In this document: piece after piece, positions 25,493-38,972 of the stretch
Numbering within the stretch: position 1 is the first letter of the stretch
Layout: each line of letters begins with the position of its first letter
DNA from: Ophelia neglecta
Lineage: Eukaryota
NCBI GenBank assembly: GCA_965285935.1
Contig: OZ260665.1
Span: 66,278,001 to 66,342,000, forward strand
Direction: 5' to 3'
Length of the DNA stretch: 64,000 bases
Program-made: the position numbers and the translations under genes
The notes under the pieces: generated by a model
Database searches by the model: none
Told to the model about the DNA's origin: nothing
What the model saw: the letters and a program-made list of their open reading frames with translations, nothing else

Positions 25493-28400
25493 CTGAAAGT
25501 ACAAAAAAAACTATGTAAATATGTTTGCCAGTGGATGTCTGAAATTAACTTGTTACCATACGGGTGTAAACAATATCTCATTACAGTAATAGAACTGTTA
25601 ATGGTATTGGGGGGATTGTCAGTCATGTCGACTGTGTAAGACTCCTGTTTGCGGGCTGTTATTAGCCTATCAAGTATCTGTTTGTTATCACTTTATTGGT
25701 TTTCACCATGAAATCTAACCCGTGTATTATTCACAGTGCTACACGAAGCTTAGTTGATGAATTATATATGCATCAAGCATTGTTCGCTTCAGAACGCTGG
25801 CCAGAGTAAATATACCAAACTGTCCTGTTTATAATTGAAACATAACTTAATTGGCATAGAAATGAAATGTGTCTTGGTTATAACCGAATGTGCTAAATGT
25901 TAAGTTTGTTAATGTTACGTTCTTCTTATAACGTAGTTTTTTTCTATACAATTACATAGGCCTAACGGTTTCTAATTGTTTTGCAGGAGAAGAACCAATG
26001 TCTAAAGCACCGCCCCTCCAGATCAGACAGGATATTTGGCTCTACCTATATGATAACACAAACGAAGTTTTTATAACAAAACTATAGAAGTGTCAGTGTT
26101 ATTTTGGTGTAAAAAGATCATGTATAATTTAAAGTGACACATAAAAGAATAATTTAAATTGTTGAACTCCTGAATGAAATGAGTACTTTTTAGATTACAT
26201 GTTGCTCTTTGCTGTTCTTTGTCCTCCCCATCAATGTTTTCTCCGAATTGATCAGATAATTGGAGCCTGAATTCATGTCGTTTTGTTAGTATTGATTCCT
26301 GTTCGCAGTGCCTAATCCGTGTTTTGTCGTTTATTGTTTGAGAAATGGCCGACAGTTGGTACTCGCCACACAGAGACCGTGCCGCCCATGCTTCTTAATT
26401 ACTGAATGAAGCAGGTAGTGAGTTGATCAACTTTGTTCCCGTGCCAAACGAGTCCAGACTTGTAACCAAATATTAGCCCATAATTAAGTTAATTAGGGGT
26501 TCAGCTTTTGTTGGACTATTATCAGTGCTACTTGTCACAGTCGGGTCGATACATTTATTGAATCATTTCAATTTGCAGACAAGGCCAATTACTTGACTTC
26601 CGCTGTCAGAGGAGGTATCATGGCTCCAAACATCAGTTGCATAAACCACCTGCATAACACATCCCAACAGATTGAGGACAAATACTGGCGAAATCAACCA
26701 AATATTAGACCGCAAAAGACACTCACTGATGGTATAATGAGATCGGAGAACGGTTCCACTTAGGGCATATTCAGTGACGGGTGTAGAAAGGGATAAAGTC
26801 ATCGGCAATCTCCACAACATGGCTTTAACCTTGGTGTCAAGGAAATTGGTGTTCGAGCGATCAATTCTTCAACTTATCAATCGAAAGTTCTTTCACTTAT
26901 CTGTGGAAGTTATTCAACATTTCCTGGCATTTTGTTCATAGGTAATGCTAATTCTTTGTATTGAGCATTTGACCCATGCTCGTTTTAAGCCTCATATTGG
27001 CCTATAACAAGTGTATGTTATTATTTCAATGCCTCTTTGTTTTTTGTTTCTTTACATTAGGACATCATGGTGCCGAGTAGAACACCTACTATTACGATAA
27101 GAATCAAACTAGGTACACCCATTTGATTTATTTTCCCTTGTAATGGTAGTTCTCCTGGCCGTACCCTGGCCATTTGGGACTGGAGACCGGGCTCGCTCCT
27201 GGGAACTAGTAATTTTCTCCCTAAATGGCCAGAAACCTATTACCGGCGATAGGCACTGTTTAACGTATACTTGCTCTTATTCTCCTTCCTATATTATTAA
27301 AGCATCAATCTTCGTTTGGGAGAGAGACATTTTCATTATGCGATGTAAATTGATATGTCCCGACCCTCCTACTTTGTCACACCGAGCATTAGTTCGTTGC
27401 TAAGCTCTTTCTTGTGGGGGCATCAAACCCTTCAATTCATCTCTGATGTTGATGGAAAAATAAGCAGTTTCTTCGGTGACAAAAATTGGCGCCAAATGAT
27501 TTTGTCGTCTGTGTCGTTCAAATGCCATTTTCACGAAATATAAATCGAGAGAATGACATATTAAGTGATGAAGTGAGGAGGGCCGGTGGCCATTCGAGAC
27601 ACATCTAAGGAGGAGTAATTTGATCTCTTGTTTGTAATTCCTTTTATTGATAATAATCATCGTTTTGTTGCGGTAATAAGTGTTTGACAAGTATATCTTT
27701 TTATTTGAAGAGATCCATCACACTTTTCTTGACTGTTGATCTACGGGGATTTTGCTTCAGTCGTAAACACTCCTACATGTGATTTACTACAGGCTCTAGG
27801 CCTAGAGATCGACTATATCGCATAATTTTAATCCTTAAACAGACAGAGAGAGTTTAGTGGTTTATTTTCAATTGGCAGTTTCCACCACATCTAATACCAA
27901 GAAAATTGAAAAGGTAAACATGGATTGAACAATGGGTACAACACTAAACCCATTTTATTGAGAAATAAATTTAACGAATGTTGTGTGTGTCCATAAAATG
28001 TGAAAAAGAAAATACATATTACTTACATAAAATGATAACACATATAAAATTATTACTGAAATACGATACCAATAGCAATCTACTGGAGGCACGTGATAAA
28101 TTTTCTTTCTTCTTAGTAATTAACTTTTTCAGTAAAAATGTACAAAGATACTTTTGACAGATACAATTCACTCGATTAACTTACAAAAATAATTAATTGC
28201 CAGCATTTTCTTGTCATCATTAATTGATAAAGAAGGGAAATGTGCGATGTTTTTTTTCGTGGTAAGTATCATAAAATCCTACTCCATCGACAGAAAATAG
28301 AATAATTTCAATGCCTAAACGCTAATATTGTGGTAATGCGATCTTTGTGAGAGGTATTTGGCAGGATAATTATAAATGCGCCGAGTAAAAAGTGTGTAAA

Positions 28401-31400
28401 GTATGGCTGGGTTGTGGGTTTGTAATTATCCCCTGCTAGTCGACATAGAGGACTGGTGACAAGCTAGGCACGGCCCCTAGTTAGCGGATGATATATGACT
28501 TCAACTCTAACCCCTTCCTCAAAACACTTTGTCAGGGCATTTATCTTGCACAGCAAGACACTAGTTTGGATTCCCCGCACATGGTGTGCCAGTATGAATG
28601 ATTTAAACCCAAAAGCTTTACTAAATATCTTCTACACCAACGCAGAGGCTCAAATTCACCAACATCATTAAATTCACAGATATATCAAGTTTATCACCTG
28701 TTTATTCAATTTATAAGTTATTTGACTCACACAAATTATTGCGTCTTATGACTACAACATTACGAAGGAATAGACAACGATCTTTTATCTATGTTATACT
28801 TCGTGCACACATTAATATTATAGGCTGTTTAATCAGACGACACTAATAGACGATGACAAGGTGAATATTCCTTGGTTTGCCAGTTAAATAGCAAGAATCA
28901 ATGCTTGATAGTTTGCTCAGCACTGTCGTCACCTATTTGTGTTTGATCGACATCCAATTAATTGAAGTGTTAGGTCATATTGTTGAATTTATTATGTGAT
29001 GAGTTCTGATTAAAATCCTATTTATCTAAGAGTCATTACATAATTAATAAACTTACTTTATTGTCAAATATTATCTAATCGCTTGATTTATACTGGCTGT
29101 CAAACACAGACCTTTTATACTGAATCAATAGCGTACGTAAATGGATGAATAAATATGCCTCCTAATTATCAATTGTTTCAAACAATCAGTTAAAAGTGAA
29201 ATTTAAAGGCCTTTTTTAGACGAGTAGGCCCATTTCAAGTAAAATCAAATGGCCATTTGCTCGTGCAGCCATTATAGTTGGGCAAAGTTGAACGCCGTTT
29301 AAACAGGTTTGCAGGGCTCAAATATTTTTGTGATTCTCTTTTGAGATGGCAGAACATATGGCAAGGCTAATGGAAAAGGGAGGAGGTAAATTTACATTGC
29401 AATTACGAAACGGAATGGTAGTAACTCAATACTGGTTCATTTAGAGAGCTCGAAAGCGACAAGTAGCTTGTTGACACCTCACGAATGTACTAACTAAACA
29501 TTGTTCAAAAGAAACGACAAAGCAGACGGAGGTTTTCGAAAGGCCATCAGATCAGGAGCCACCAATACAAGGTCTCGCTGTTTGTACAGTCAGTCGAAAA
29601 TCAAATTTACCTCCGAAATCGATGACTATTTATTCCGGGTAATAAAATAATTTTAATTTGTCAGGTCTCAACAAATGCTTCTCTGCCTGTATAGATCTGA
29701 CATTGAACTTGGTTCAAAACGCGGCTGAAGTTTGAATTCTGACAATTGTAAAGGCACAGACGAATTTAAATGGAAAACAAGATTTTCCATTCTCCATTAA
29801 CTATCCGACTACACCTCTAGATCTAAAGATACGCAAGTTTTTAAAGCTATTAAAATATAAACCGTATCTTGCTTAAGAAATTGGTGTAGGTGTATTTTCA
29901 TACGGAATGAGAAACTCAACAGCACCAACTGCATCGTCCAATCAAAATGCTATGCTGACTATCCGTGTAAACTAGGCTATGTGACACGATTCAAAGAATA
30001 CGTGTCGGCACTTTGCAAAATGCGAGAAGAGAAAGTATGGGCCGCCAATGAAGCCCATTCATTATGCCGAGAGCCTTGCCTATACGGGGCAACTTGCACT
30101 TGATCTATAGTCTGAAAAATCAACAGTCATATTTGTAGCTTCGTCTTGGAGCAAAATTAATTTCTCTGTTGACTTATCTGAAAATGCTTTTATGTGAAGA
30201 CCTCACTTGGTAGTGGGTCCGCCCCTACGGGTTAGGACACCCAAACATGTCAATAGAGGTTTTTAGGGGGTTGGCTGTGCCTTCTGTGGAGTTGAAGTTG
30301 AATAATCGTCTTTTTGGCTGTCTTTCACCCGCCACCAATAGCGCCTAGTTGACTCTATAAGAATGCCACTGGTAATGAAATAATTATCGCTTCAAAGGCA
30401 CACAATCTGCGGCCCAAGCACAAAAACAAGAACAATGGTGTTCCCCCACAGAAGTTGCCGAGCCTTTGTTGGTAGACAGTTTACAGGTGCGATCTTGCTA
30501 AGTATATTCCAGAAGGAAAATAGTTTTGTTGACTCCTGAACCCGTGTAACGTTAATTACGGCCTTAATTAGCAAGGAGGGCGTTTAATGCTTCCATCTTC
30601 GTATGCAATAATGGACAACTCGTACTATTGGCTGACTATCGTCACATTTGCTCGGCGGTTTTCCCTCCGAAATGAACGGCTCTGTGATGGCTGAGGTGCA
30701 TATTGAATGAAATATTTGGTTTTTAGCCAATGTCCATTTTAATACTGGTGTGGCCATTTCTTGTGTAGCAGTGTGATGGCAACATTTAACTCACCACATC
30801 CACACCCTCTCCCAAAAGACAAGTCAAATCTATTTCCAGGAAGCTGAGCTAATCCCCAGAGACTCCGAAATGGAATACTTCACCATCGCTTGTCACTTTA
30901 ATGTCATATCCAATAATTGAAAATAAAAATCTTCTCGCCGCCTGCCATGCTCTGTTGCCAGACGACAACATGAGACAGGACGACAAGAGCGGGAAAGCAA
31001 GAAATCTCATGCAGCCTAAGAGCGGCTTAAGTGCCCGCTGTTGCCGTTATTTATGAGCGCTTGAAGTAACAAGCAATTGGACTGACGAGCTTTCATCCTG
31101 GAGCAAGAAGTGCAATCAATTTTAATAAATTTCAATTTTAATGCAAACAAAGGTAATAGACTGTGATGGGGCTATTACCGAGGCGTGTCACCACATGAGA
31201 TGATAGAGACTGTGAGGTAAGGTTTCAGGATGAAATTTAAATAAAGATTTCATATGCGGACAATAAAACATTATAAGAATAAATAAAAACCAGATGTTTA
31301 CTCCCGGATGGGAATGTTGCTCTCGCTTGTTAGCGGGGACAGCACATGTGTCACGTAAAACTATATTTTCACTATACCCCGGCCGTTGCTTTGGACATTC

Positions 31401-34400
31401 TTTCAGTTTTCGCTTGACCAAAGACGGTAAAAGAGCATGGCCCAAATAAACCGACTTTATTAGGCTAATGTTGAATCGTATAACCAAAAGGGGGCGTTGT
31501 GGTATTGGAATATCCTAAAGATGATTTTACAGGTATGAAAAATATATCACATCCCACATCATGCAAATGGAATATACATTTTTATTAGTTTTAAATCATG
31601 TATTTTACTACAGAACTTTCAACAATTATGGTTAGGTTTGAAGCCATGCTTCAAATTATTTTTTTCCACCTAATAAGATCGATAATAAAATATCAAAATA
31701 GAGTTCCATTTTAATGAGAAAGAAAAAAACATATTTTATTTTTGGGTAGTTAAGAGAAGATTCTGTCATCATAAGCTGTTGCTTCTTTGTCAAAATACAC
31801 GTGTTCATGTTGTAACACGAATATTGCCGATCCACAATTTGCCAAAGCGGCAAAAATTTTGCCAATTAAATTGTATATTGAATGCATAACAAGATGATAA
31901 AGGAAAGAATCTAATGATTAATGACATATGTGATCAAATAGTTTCTTCTAGTTGGCAAGCTGGTTAATCGCCACCAAAACGTCATACAACGTTTACAATA
32001 TGTCGCGGTTTCAATCATCAAAGCTATTAGAAAACTAAGAATCTATCCACGTGATTTACGTGCTAGACTTTCTACACTAATTGTTTGAGTACAGCACATG
32101 GAAGAGCACTAAATCTAGACCTAATTATAAACAGATAGGGAGGTAATCAGACGAGCAGACAATTGAAATGTGCCTGTAGTACCAGCGGTCAACAATCGAG
32201 CAGGTTGTCAATAAATGATGGTCCTGCTGTCGTCTGTTGTCGTCTGACACGCCAACAACGTCAGGAGTACACAATATTCGCTGACTTACAGAGAAAGACC
32301 GTATTCGGTAAAACGAAATATGTTTTTAAATCACAAATACAGCTTATGGTCTAAGCACAAACAAGGTGGCCTAAAATTATTTTTTTCCACAATAAAACAT
32401 CATTGGTTAACCAAATAACAGAGCTTTGACATTGCTGTATTTTCATAATGACTTTCATATGTTAAATATGTGCCTCGAAGCCGTTGAGGCCCACATTTTA
32501 CATATTAACATCATTATGAAAATAGAACAGCCTCGAAGACATGTAACTTGGCTAACCATTGGTTGGAAAACAAACTCGTAAGGGCATTGTGACAATCAGA
32601 ATGATGGCACGAAAGCAATAAGTAAGCATAAAGGCTCCCTTGATGTAAGAGGCTAAATGAAGCACTAAATGTTTGATATTAAGAAAGTTGGCAAACATGT
32701 TCAACTTTTCATTTCGGATCAAGACCGAATGAAACAGGCATGTATGCGCGTGACAAACGGATACAAACTTATTCTGAGATATTGGCCGACTAAAAATTCC
32801 GCTGAATAATGTTCAGCGTTTAAGACTTTCGCTTTTTGTGAGTAGACTTGTAGGACATTAGCCTTAATCTGGCATGGAATGTCATGTCAACCACATGAAT
32901 ATAAACACGAAACACAAGCATTAAAAAACTAACTCTCAAAACAGGCTGCTGTTTTTCTTGTCTATGCCCCGCAATCATTAATTCCTAACATAGTTTTAAA
33001 TGAAGGTGTTCACTGACATCAAACTGATAAGGAACACAGTCGGAATAGGTAAATTTAATCCTTAGAGGGTTCCATATAGGAAATTTGACAAGGAGTAGGC
33101 CTATTTCCCATTTTCTACAGGAGGTAGCTATATCATGTACACTAATTTACCAACATACAAACATGCCGTTTTCTTAAATGTTGGTCCTGGTGATCAAAGA
33201 GATGGTTCTATACATGGAGTTCATCAAGGGCATATGGTCAGTTATGTGAAGTGCTTCATTGTCCCCCTCACCTGCCTTTTTGTTAAATTACAGCGCAGGT
33301 ACAACGGCAGACTATTCAGTCGTTTATCGCATACTCAATGGCCCAATGATGATGCGGACGACAGCTACCCATAATTAGGAAGTGATTCCTAACTTCCGGC
33401 GAATTTCCTGCGCGCATGTCTTCTGGGCGGTCGTCAGCCTTCTAAGGACAATACATATCACATAAACGTAGGAAATCAACGAAATTAACTTGGTGGGGCG
33501 GGTTTATACAATTACCCGACTGGAAAAGGCAAGATGCCACAATTACAATTTGATGATATTTCAATTATGTGAGATAAGCCGATGGTATTTGAGCAAGGCT
33601 ATGCCAATATGATCATGGCTATTGCTTATTTGTTCTCTCTAATTGGTATTGCCATTTCATCACCAATTTGACGAGAAACCTGCAATTTAACGTATTGTAG
33701 CCACCAGAATGACTTGGTCTTGTGTAAACGAACATTATATCGGCACACAAAACATGTATCGATCCCCTGTCGCCACAATCCAGAATTAGGCACCGCACAA
33801 ATCGGATAAGTTTCTATTTCCCACAGTGGAAATATTGAAATAAATTCACCTTGTTAAACACGGTGCAATAATCTCTTCAAACAGACGTATGGCCTAGTGG
33901 TGCCAGGCGAAAGAGTCGCCGAGTAATACAGCCATATTTAAACTGGCTGTAATGATGGCATGATGGTTTTCTAGCCCCATCGAATAAAGTGGGGTCAAGT
34001 GTCGGGTCAGAGAGACTGACACAAGCATCGCGAGCCATCAAAGTCGCATTTATTTGTCAGCTATTAACTAAAAAACACAAATTGATTTCAACTATAGTTT
34101 GTAGCATTTGGATTTGTTCCCACAATTTGCGGTTTATATTCAATCTCCTGTGTCATTTATTGTCGTGTTTCATCACGATAAGTGTTTATTCAATTTGAGC
34201 AGTTATAATAGAATATAATGATAGCACTATATGAGTCTTTCTGTATTGTTTACGCACAATATGGTGCAAAGCCAATCAAATATGTTTCTGATGAAACTTT
34301 GTTATTTCAAACCTGTACCCTATCTAGTGTGCACGGCCGCCGACACACAATGCAACTGACTTTGACACTTTCAAGGGTGGCTATAGTATTTTTCTTGCTA

Positions 34401-36361
34401 TTCTGTTGATATTCTTTTAAAAAAGAAAGAGCTAGAACAGCATGTTTGATTGGGAAATGTATAGGCGCATGTTAGTAGACGCTCTGACGAGCGTTCGTCG
34501 TCTATACTATTGTGCCTATGCCTGCCTGAGCATCTGCCGCCTTCCCACATCGACGAGCACTAATCCTTTATTTCTCACCTCCAAACACGCCAGTCTCATA
34601 GCCCAGATCGGTGGCTGACTCGGCAAATTAACAATGACACTCGGAGCGGGTAATTAGCCATTGATACGGCTTTTACAAGCCATCGAGAGTCGAATTTAAT
34701 GTAGCCTCTGCCTCCCCTGGGAAGGCGGGAGGCTAGTCGAGGCCTCTCTCCGGCGAGAGAGGCCCCGGGGACCGCCTCCGACCGCTAACCTCGCCCTTCC
34801 ACCACCCGGCTCTTCTGCCTCCACGCACACAAATAATGCCCTTCTCGCTAATGTGATGGTGCATTTGTGGGGATTTATTACCGACAGAAAGCGAACAGTT
34901 GCGAAATCATTTAACTTGTATTAATTAGCAATATGCGCACATTTGGCGATGCGAGCAAGCTGCTCATTAAGCCAAACTGGATGAAGCTGGCCATTTGTTT
35001 CCTTTCTGGGCGGTTTTTAATGGTAACATTGTCAGGAATTGTACAACACTGGGTAACCCAAGTAGGACGGGCCAAAACATCTTTTTTCTTACGCCGCGCA
35101 GACGTCGACGCCTCTTCGATTCCACTAGCTATAAGGAGGAGAGAAAGCACGTCTCCCGGACACGTGACAACCAATGACCCACCAATTAAATCGAGATAAT
35201 TGCCCTTGTTGGGAACACACAACTGGTTTATTAAATGCAACGGTTTGTTTTCAGTGTTGACAAACGTTTACAATCGTGCCAATTTCAGATTTCCGTTTCT
35301 CATAAAGGCCCATGACCAGAACTTTGTATTGAGGGAAGCCCGGAACGCTCTCAATGCCGTTGAAGCACAATTCACGAGTGCTGAAGTATTTGTACAAGTC
35401 CCATCGACAAGTGGCCAAGTTTATTAAGCTATTATGTCTAACATGTCACTCTTACCAGGCGACACAATCATCTGAGTTTCTTTGTCACTTTTAGAGATTC
35501 TATCAGGACGGTAAGCGGCAGATTGGGCTTGATAAGCAGTTGCCCACGACAGATTGTCCGTCTGCTAAACAATGGCCGACTTGGCTTTATCGGCTCGCTA
35601 TTAGCATTGTTATCTCTGATCTGTGCGCGATACAATTATTTTTCTGAATGCAAATGCGTGTTTGTGTGTGTGTGTCTTTTCGTTTTTGCTGTGAAATAAA
35701 ATTTCCGACGGAACCAGTATTGTCCGGAGTCGAGTAGCATACGTCATGCGTGCGTGTGTACGCGTGATGGGGGGAGATGAAAGGAAGTAGTCTTCATTTT
35801 GAGTTTTTTTGCCGTCTAGACGGCGTGTCACAGATATTTTTTAAGCAAATTAATTCCTAAGATACAAGTGATCGTGTTTGCGTTTTATTAGAGCATGTTA
35901 AAAATCTTTAAGTGTCAAACTACCTTCATGTTTCTATGACAGTTCAATCAATCTTCTACCTGTGTTTTCAATCAAAGCACCCGAAATCAATACCCGAGTC
36001 CACACGTTAACTTTAAATTGAATTATATGAAATGTAAAAAATAATAACTAATTTAATTTCTTCGTTTGCGAACGACAAACCAAGAAAATAAATTAGCTTT
36101 TAGCTTTGAACCATTCTTATTTCCAGTGGAGCAAAAACTTGTGCCGGAGAATGAGTTGATTAGTTTGTCAATCACTTCTGTCTTTAGATAGGACTCCAAA
36201 CTCTAAAACTGTCCAATCAAAAAGCAGCAGCGGGCGATGGGCTGATGATTAGTGTATACAACAAACTACTAATTTAAAGGACAAACTCAGTCTGCCCGTT
36301 TTTGACAGTGATTCTAAAAATATATTCGTGTATGTAAACACAGTAAATGTTGAAGGCGTAC
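25493..36361 (-). other. Uncx intron 2 (about 10.9 kb, GT-AG, phase 0) at homeodomain codon 46/47
   Basis: The Q|V junction before WFQN is the canonical intron position of PRD-class homeobox genes. Confidence 0.95.
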
Positions 36362-36564
36362 CTGTACTCTGGACTCGACGAGGTCGAGTTTGAGGGCCAG
36401 AGCCTCCCTCATGAAGACGTCCGGGTAGTGGCTGTCGTTGAAGGCCCGATCTAGCTCCTCTAACTGCCATCCCGTGAAGTTGGTCCTCGTCCGTCGCCGT
36501 TTGGCCGAGTTACCGTCTTTGCCATCCTCAGAATCCTCGCCGAAGTCGGTGTGATACAGGTTGT
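36362..36564 (-). CDS. Uncx: Uncx coding exon 2: homeodomain residues 1-46 ([47 protein letters not shown])
   Basis: Translated by hand on the minus strand; the ORF track shows only another frame here. Acceptor tctcttttcatttaag|AC, donor GTACAG|gtacgc, length 203 nt (2 nt plus 67 codons). The sequence is nearly identical to the Uncx/UNC-4 homeodomain. Confidence 0.96.
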
Positions 36565-38029
36565 CTTAAATGAAAAGAGAATATAGATAATTACACGTAT
36601 CAGGTAACGCCTCATGCTTCCTGTATAGGAAGCAAGGGATTGTGGGGTTTTCTTTTCAAGATATGAAAGTTCACTATATTATTTATATGTATGTACTGAA
36701 GTTACCTCTTGAAACGACATAGGCCTAACATGCACCTATATAGGTATACTGTACATGCATATTAAGCCGTAATTATGTAGTTATATAGACCTATACAGCA
36801 GCCCGAAATAGGCCTAGGCCTATGGGCTTATAAAAAATGCTCATGTACGCTTTGTTTATGTTTATAGAAGGCGTTTAAGTCAGCGAGTTCTTTCACGTGC
36901 CTTCTGTATATCAGCGGAAAAACCCAGCCTCAGAATTGTAGATGATGCTATAGGTCTGTAAGTATATATGACATATTGTCACATCAATCAGCGAGAAAAC
37001 AAAGGGCAATCATAACGGTCAACTTACGTAGGCACACGTTATTAGGAACGGTGCCAGCGGCTTGTGGGTCAGCACAAACATATTCATCAGCCACAAAACT
37101 GTTGGTGGTAGGTTGGTATGGGGGGGGGGGGGGGGGCTCAGAAATTTTGTCCTAACTCCTTTGCAATCTGTTCATTGTCACATATATCATTGAAATTGTC
37201 ATATTATATGACGGGGATGTATCAACATATGGATGGAAGATATATGCATCGTATAAACACTGCAAATTTGGACACTTGTAAGCACTGTATTATTGTGAAA
37301 CTAATATGAGGAACCATCATTAAAAGAATATAAATATGACATTAGAAAATATGAACATTAATGTCAATATTATACGTGCTTGTAATATAGACCTATATTT
37401 GTGGCAAATGAAACTATGTTTTGCCGATAGGTAGAGCTTATGCGGTCAGTTGTCTGGAGGTTATTTCATGATAACGGCGTGTTATAGTTCAACATGTGAC
37501 CAGGTCTACATGCACTGTCCTTCTGGCACCACAGGCCTTTTTTCTCGTACAGTTCGTACACTCGTATACCGTGGTAGGCGACTGATTCGCAACAAATCAT
37601 AAACAAAGGTTCATAGAGGTCAAGGACATAAGTATATAGACAATGAACGACACTAATATCGTCCATTAGTTTAATTAATGTCATTAGACGCCCTTGGTTC
37701 AATTATGACACAGAGCCATGAGTGAAGGGTGCTCGCTCAAGTTATGCTTGTCATAATACTACAGCTTTATATTTCTTCCCAAGTAAGGTAAATATTCTAG
37801 TGTGTTCACCCTAAGCCGTGCATACAAAACGAAAAAGAATGGATGGTCATTTTATTAAAAGCGCGGGGTATGTACTTGCATAAGAAATTGTCAATGAAAA
37901 GTCAAGAGTCAAGTGAGCTATAATCGCGCCCTTTAAATGGCCGTGCTATGGGGTGATGTCGGTAAGGGCTGGGGTCAGAGTGGTAAATGGGGGCGAGCCC
38001 CCGCGTCTGAACAGGCAGGGAAACCAAGC

Positions 38030-38390
38030 CGGAACCTGGAGTCAGGGGTCGAGACAGGTCTGTGCAGTCGGCTCTAGACTGGAGTATAATTACTGAGCCC
38101 ACAATGGTCAGTAAAGGACTGGGCTGAGACATGGGCAAGGATAGGGCCAAGGACCGGTCAGGGACAATAGGTAAGGGACTGGACTGGTGCCCCACAGGGC
38201 GGACGGCCGGACCCAGTACTGGACACAGCTGTGGGGGCTGACTGAGCACTGAGCCGAGAAATGGCCCGAGGAGCGAGCCGAAGGCCAGTGACAAGGACTA
38301 GGCCTGCAGGGTTGGGGGACTAGCCTGGTCGAGGACTAGACCGACCCAAGGGCCCAGTCCCCGGCCCGGGGACTGTACCTAGAATCTGGC
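38030..38390. repeat. Degenerate GC-rich, G-skewed tandem repeat (core GGACTRGNC) in Uncx intron 1
   Basis: ggactgggc, ggaccggtc, ggactggac, ggactaggc, ggactagcc, ggactagac and ggactgtac recur at irregular spacing, and local GC is far above the flanks. Confidence 0.6.
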
Positions 38391-38948
38391 CGAAATAAAA
38401 CTGTGTCAAAGGCTTAGCCGATGGGACAGACTGTTATGACATCCAAAAACCGTGATTCAACTACTGGCTGTGACCATCATTTTAGTTTGATGCGTAGTTT
38501 AAATGAAACCCGTAGGCTATTTTTTCTACATCTACTGCACCCGGAACTCGACAGTTCATTGGGGTAACCTGATTTAAAAACTCTAAAGGTTCAGGCCTAT
38601 TATCACATTTTAACCAAATAGGTCCTTATGTTGTTAGCACTAGCTTATTACTGTATTGGGCAGCTCACAGGCCTCTGAGTTCTTATTTAAAGATCGTTAT
38701 TAATTGTAAAGCTTATTCAAGATCATATCTTGAAATCAGTTGGTGAAATCAGTTTTATATAATTTTCCTCTATAATAGAAATTTAAACCACAAAGAGCTC
38801 CAATTTAGACTTCAGATCTAAAAAGAGTCTATTTGCCCTAATCACCATAATTACATGAGCAGATGTCAGCAACATGGCAGTAATAAAAAGAGAAAACTCG
38901 GCTTCAAAATAACAATTCTTTGTCTTAATATCATATTCCTGATGGTGG

Positions 38949-38972
38949 GTGTGTGTGTGTGTGTGTGTGTGT
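38949..38972. repeat. (GT)n microsatellite
   Basis: About 12 uninterrupted GT units. Confidence 0.9.

Noticed and set aside
25110-25496. Plus-strand and alternative-frame ORFs overlapping Uncx exons (also 24549..24803, 24859..25056, 25114..25626, 41752..42063)
   Set aside because: They are shadows of GC-rich coding sequence, with low-complexity translations and no recognisable domain.
25493-25504. MYFQ start of the 346-aa ORF as a real N-terminus
   Set aside because: These bases are the intron 2 pyrimidine tract and AG acceptor; the homeodomain continues from exon 2.
33890-33960. tRNA or SINE suggested by an A-box-like TGGCCTAGTGG
   Set aside because: No B-box at suitable spacing and no cloverleaf.
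36249-36470. 73-aa ORF over exon 2
   Set aside because: It is the wrong frame; the homeodomain is in another minus-strand frame.
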